Origin: an uncultured Gemmatimonadota bacterium
GTDB lineage: Bacteria; Gemmatimonadota; Gemmatimonadetes; Palauibacterales; Palauibacteraceae
Reading direction: 5' to 3'
NCBI GenBank assembly: GCA_964518305.1
Contig: CAZFDK010000002.1
Location: 44,392 to 108,391 of the forward strand
Length of the DNA stretch: 64,000 nucleotides
Positions 62,387-64,000 of the stretch are shown here, one piece after another. The notes under the pieces are model-generated. The model had not been told where the DNA came from. It ran no database searches and saw only the letters and a program-made list of their open reading frames with translations. Position numbers and translations under genes: made by a program. Position 1 is the first letter of the stretch, and every line of letters starts with the position of its first letter.

Positions 62387-63907
62387 GTGGAGGAGTCCAT
62401 ACCCTTCTTCGTCCACATGACGGGGCCGCACCGGGGCTCGGTGACGGTTCTCGAAGACGAGATGCTCCGTCTGGGTACCGGTGCCAGCGCGGAACTCCAC
62501 TTTCCGGAGGAACCCGACAGCCCCGTGGCGCGCCGCCACGCGCTCCTCGAGCGGCGGGACAGCGACCTGTGGATCGAACGCCGGTCCGACGGAGCGCTCT
62601 TCGTGAACGGCGACGCCGCCGAGCGCCGGCACCTGGAGCCCGGCGACGTGGTCGAGCTCGGACGCGGCGGCCCCATGCTGCGCTACCGGGAAGGCGAGAT
62701 CTCCGGCGACGAGTTCCACAAGACGCTCCGACAGGCCCTGGCGGACTGCGTCGATTGCGTCCGCTACGGATCGGATTCGCTCTCGACGAGGATCGGCACC
62801 TTCCTCCGGGCGATGCCCCGCGAGCTTCTCACCCAGACCTCCCCCTGGACCCGCGCCTCGCTGGTGCTCGGCCTCGGTTTGGTGCTCACGGCGACGGGCT
62901 ATCTGTTCGTCCAGAACCGCGAGATCGACCGGCGGCTGGACGTCGAGCGCGCCCGACTCCGCGCCGTCGCTGCCTCGCTCCGGGCCGAACGGAGCCGACC
63001 CGACGTCCGTCCAGACCTCCTGGACAGCCTGCGCTCGACCCTGTCCCGGCGTGCCGATACGGCTGCCGGCGACGGGGCATCGGCCCGCAGGGAAGTACGG
63101 GGTGCGATTCCAGCGGTGGTCTTCATCCAGGGCAGCTTCTTCCACGTGGATCCGGAGACCGGTCGACCCGTCCGCGTCCGTCCGGGGGGACGCCGCGCGG
63201 ATGGCGGGCAGGGAGGGGATCCGCCCGTCGGCCCCGATGTATCCGGCCCGGTGCTCGAACGGACCTACACGGGCACCGGCTTCGTCGCCACGAACGACGG
63301 GCTGGTGCTCACCAACCGGCACATCGTCCGACCCTGGCGGCAGGACCGAATCGGCCGCTCCCTCGCGGAGATGGGCTACGAGCCGAGGCTTCGCCGGCTC
63401 CGGGGCTATCTGCCGGGGCGGGAAGAGCCCTTCGAGCTGAAGATCGTCGCCTCCAGCGACTCCGCCGACCTGTCGCTGCTCCGGTGCAGCGGCGTGACGG
63501 CCGAGGTCCCGGCCCTGGAGCTGGCCGACGGTCCTCCCGAACCGGGGGACGAAATCTACGTGCTCGGCTATCCCACCGGGATCCGGGCCATGCTCGCCCG
63601 CAGCCAGCCGGACCTCGTGGGACGCCCCTCGTCGGATTCCGTGTCCTCCTGGGAGCTGGCACGGCGCCTGGCCCGCTCGGATCTGATCCGCCCGCTCGTG
63701 ACCCGGGGCATCGTCGGTCAGCGCACGGCCATCTCCGTGGTCTACGACGCCCAGACCACGCAGGGCGGGAGCGGCGGGCCGGTGCTCGACGCGGACGGGG
63801 AGGTGGTGGCCATCAACCGTGCCGTCATGAGGGAATTCACGGGCTCGAACATCGGCGTTCCCGTGCGCTTTGCCCGCAGGCTGATCCAGAGGGCCCGCCG
63901 CGACTGA
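62387..63907 (+). CDS. FHA domain, TM segment and trypsin-like (S1/S1C) serine protease fusion
   Basis: N-terminal FHA-like RLGTGASAELHF..ARRHALLERRDSDLWIERRSDGALFVNG. TM segment ASLVLGLGLVLTATGYLF. The protease has TNRHIV (His), SADLSLL (Asp) and TTQGGSGGPVL (Ser). GTG start. Confidence 0.7.
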   Translation: MEESIPFFVHMTGPHRGSVTVLEDEMLRLGTGASAELHFPEEPDSPVARRHALLERRDSDLWIERRSDGALFVNGDAAERRHLEPGDVVELGRGGPMLRYREGEISGDEFHKTLRQALADCVDCVRYGSDSLSTRIGTFLRAMPRELLTQTSPWTRASLVLGLGLVLTATGYLFVQNREIDRRLDVERARLRAVAASLRAERSRPDVRPDLLDSLRSTLSRRADTAAGDGASARREVRGAIPAVVFIQGSFFHVDPETGRPVRVRPGGRRADGGQGGDPPVGPDVSGPVLERTYTGTGFVATNDGLVLTNRHIVRPWRQDRIGRSLAEMGYEPRLRRLRGYLPGREEPFELKIVASSDSADLSLLRCSGVTAEVPALELADGPPEPGDEIYVLGYPTGIRAMLARSQPDLVGRPSSDSVSSWELARRLARSDLIRPLVTRGIVGQRTAISVVYDAQTTQGGSGGPVLDADGEVVAINRAVMREFTGSNIGVPVRFARRLIQRARRD

Positions 63908-63916
63908 CCCTCCGAC

Positions 63917-64000
63917 TCAGAGCTCTCCGCCGAGCCGACGCTCGAGCTCCTCCTCCCTCGACCGGCTCAACCGACGGCGGGTCCCGTCCTCCAGGACGAC
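63917..64000 (-). CDS. C-terminal fragment of an unidentified gene running off the right edge
   Basis: Open frame ..VVLEDGTRRRLSRSREEELERRLGGEL* ending at a TGA (complement of 63917-63919). Confidence 0.25.
   Translation of the reverse strand, partial: VVLEDGTRRRLSRSREEELERRLGGEL

Noticed and set aside
1-64000. Search for sigma-54 promoters (TGGCAC-N5-TTGC) that could be targets of the enhancer-binding protein
   Set aside because: All TGGCAC/GTGCCA occurrences I inspected (for example near 12140, 25965, 34321, 43483 and 49852) lack a correctly spaced TTGC element or lie inside coding regions.
1-64000. CRISPR arrays, tRNA/rRNA genes, IS elements, integrases and prophage or defence-system genes
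   Set aside because: I saw no repeat-spacer periodicity, no tRNA-like T-arm or acceptor signatures, and no transposase, integrase or nuclease-type ORFs. Absence cannot be proven by eye, and tRNAscan or ISEScan would settle it.

Overview
The window is very GC-rich (about 70% by eye) and tightly packed with roughly 58 protein-coding genes. Outer-membrane beta-barrels and lipobox lipoproteins indicate a diderm bacterium; the gene content would fit Gemmatimonadota or a similar lineage, but this is unproven. I found no rRNA, tRNA, CRISPR array, transposase or integrase. Many long ORFs in the track are Arg/Pro/Gly-rich shadow frames lying antisense to or overlapping real genes, and I ignored them. 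Several real genes begin at internal start codons of composite ORFs, so I re-derived those starts from the DNA.

Main blocks:
- 1-1464: a disrupted CPA2 cation/proton antiporter.
- 1.5-9.7 kb: an arsenic island built around methylation and efflux. One unit is arsR, a thioredoxin-like gene and arsP. The divergent unit is arsR, arsM, a metallophosphoesterase, arsA, acr3, a CC-motif protein, USP and OsmC. No arsC is present. Perfect ATCAAT-N4-ATTGAT palindromes sit at the promoters, and ArsA has lost most of its second ATPase half.
- 13.9-14.5 kb: a peroxiredoxin-like gene split in the ORF track by an in-frame TGA at the redox Cys position, with a hairpin downstream. It is a likely selenoprotein.
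- 15.9-19.1 kb: a 1062-aa fusion of an Npt/TLC-like transporter, HEAT repeats and a cNMP-binding domain.
- 19.1-23.2 kb: gnd-zwf-pgl-tauE.
- 23.6-29.4 kb: signalling genes (GAF, LOG, PAS, MEDS plus a GAF sigma-54 activator, and an ECF sigma factor).
- 29.5-34.0 kb: an overlapping three-gene operon encoding an Npt/TLC-like MFS transporter, an outer-membrane barrel and a lipoprotein with kinase-like motifs. This is my best candidate for an undescribed system.
- 38.5-44.7 kb: a YaiO-like barrel, a membrane HEAT protein and a processive GT2 synthase, bracketed by EAL and GGDEF genes. This looks like a c-di-GMP-controlled exopolysaccharide module.
- The remainder: transporters (APC with TrkA, NhaA, CaCA, SulP), an M14 peptidase, an orphan ZAS anti-sigma factor and an FHA-protease fusion.

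All functional calls rest on motifs read by eye from the translations. No database search was run.
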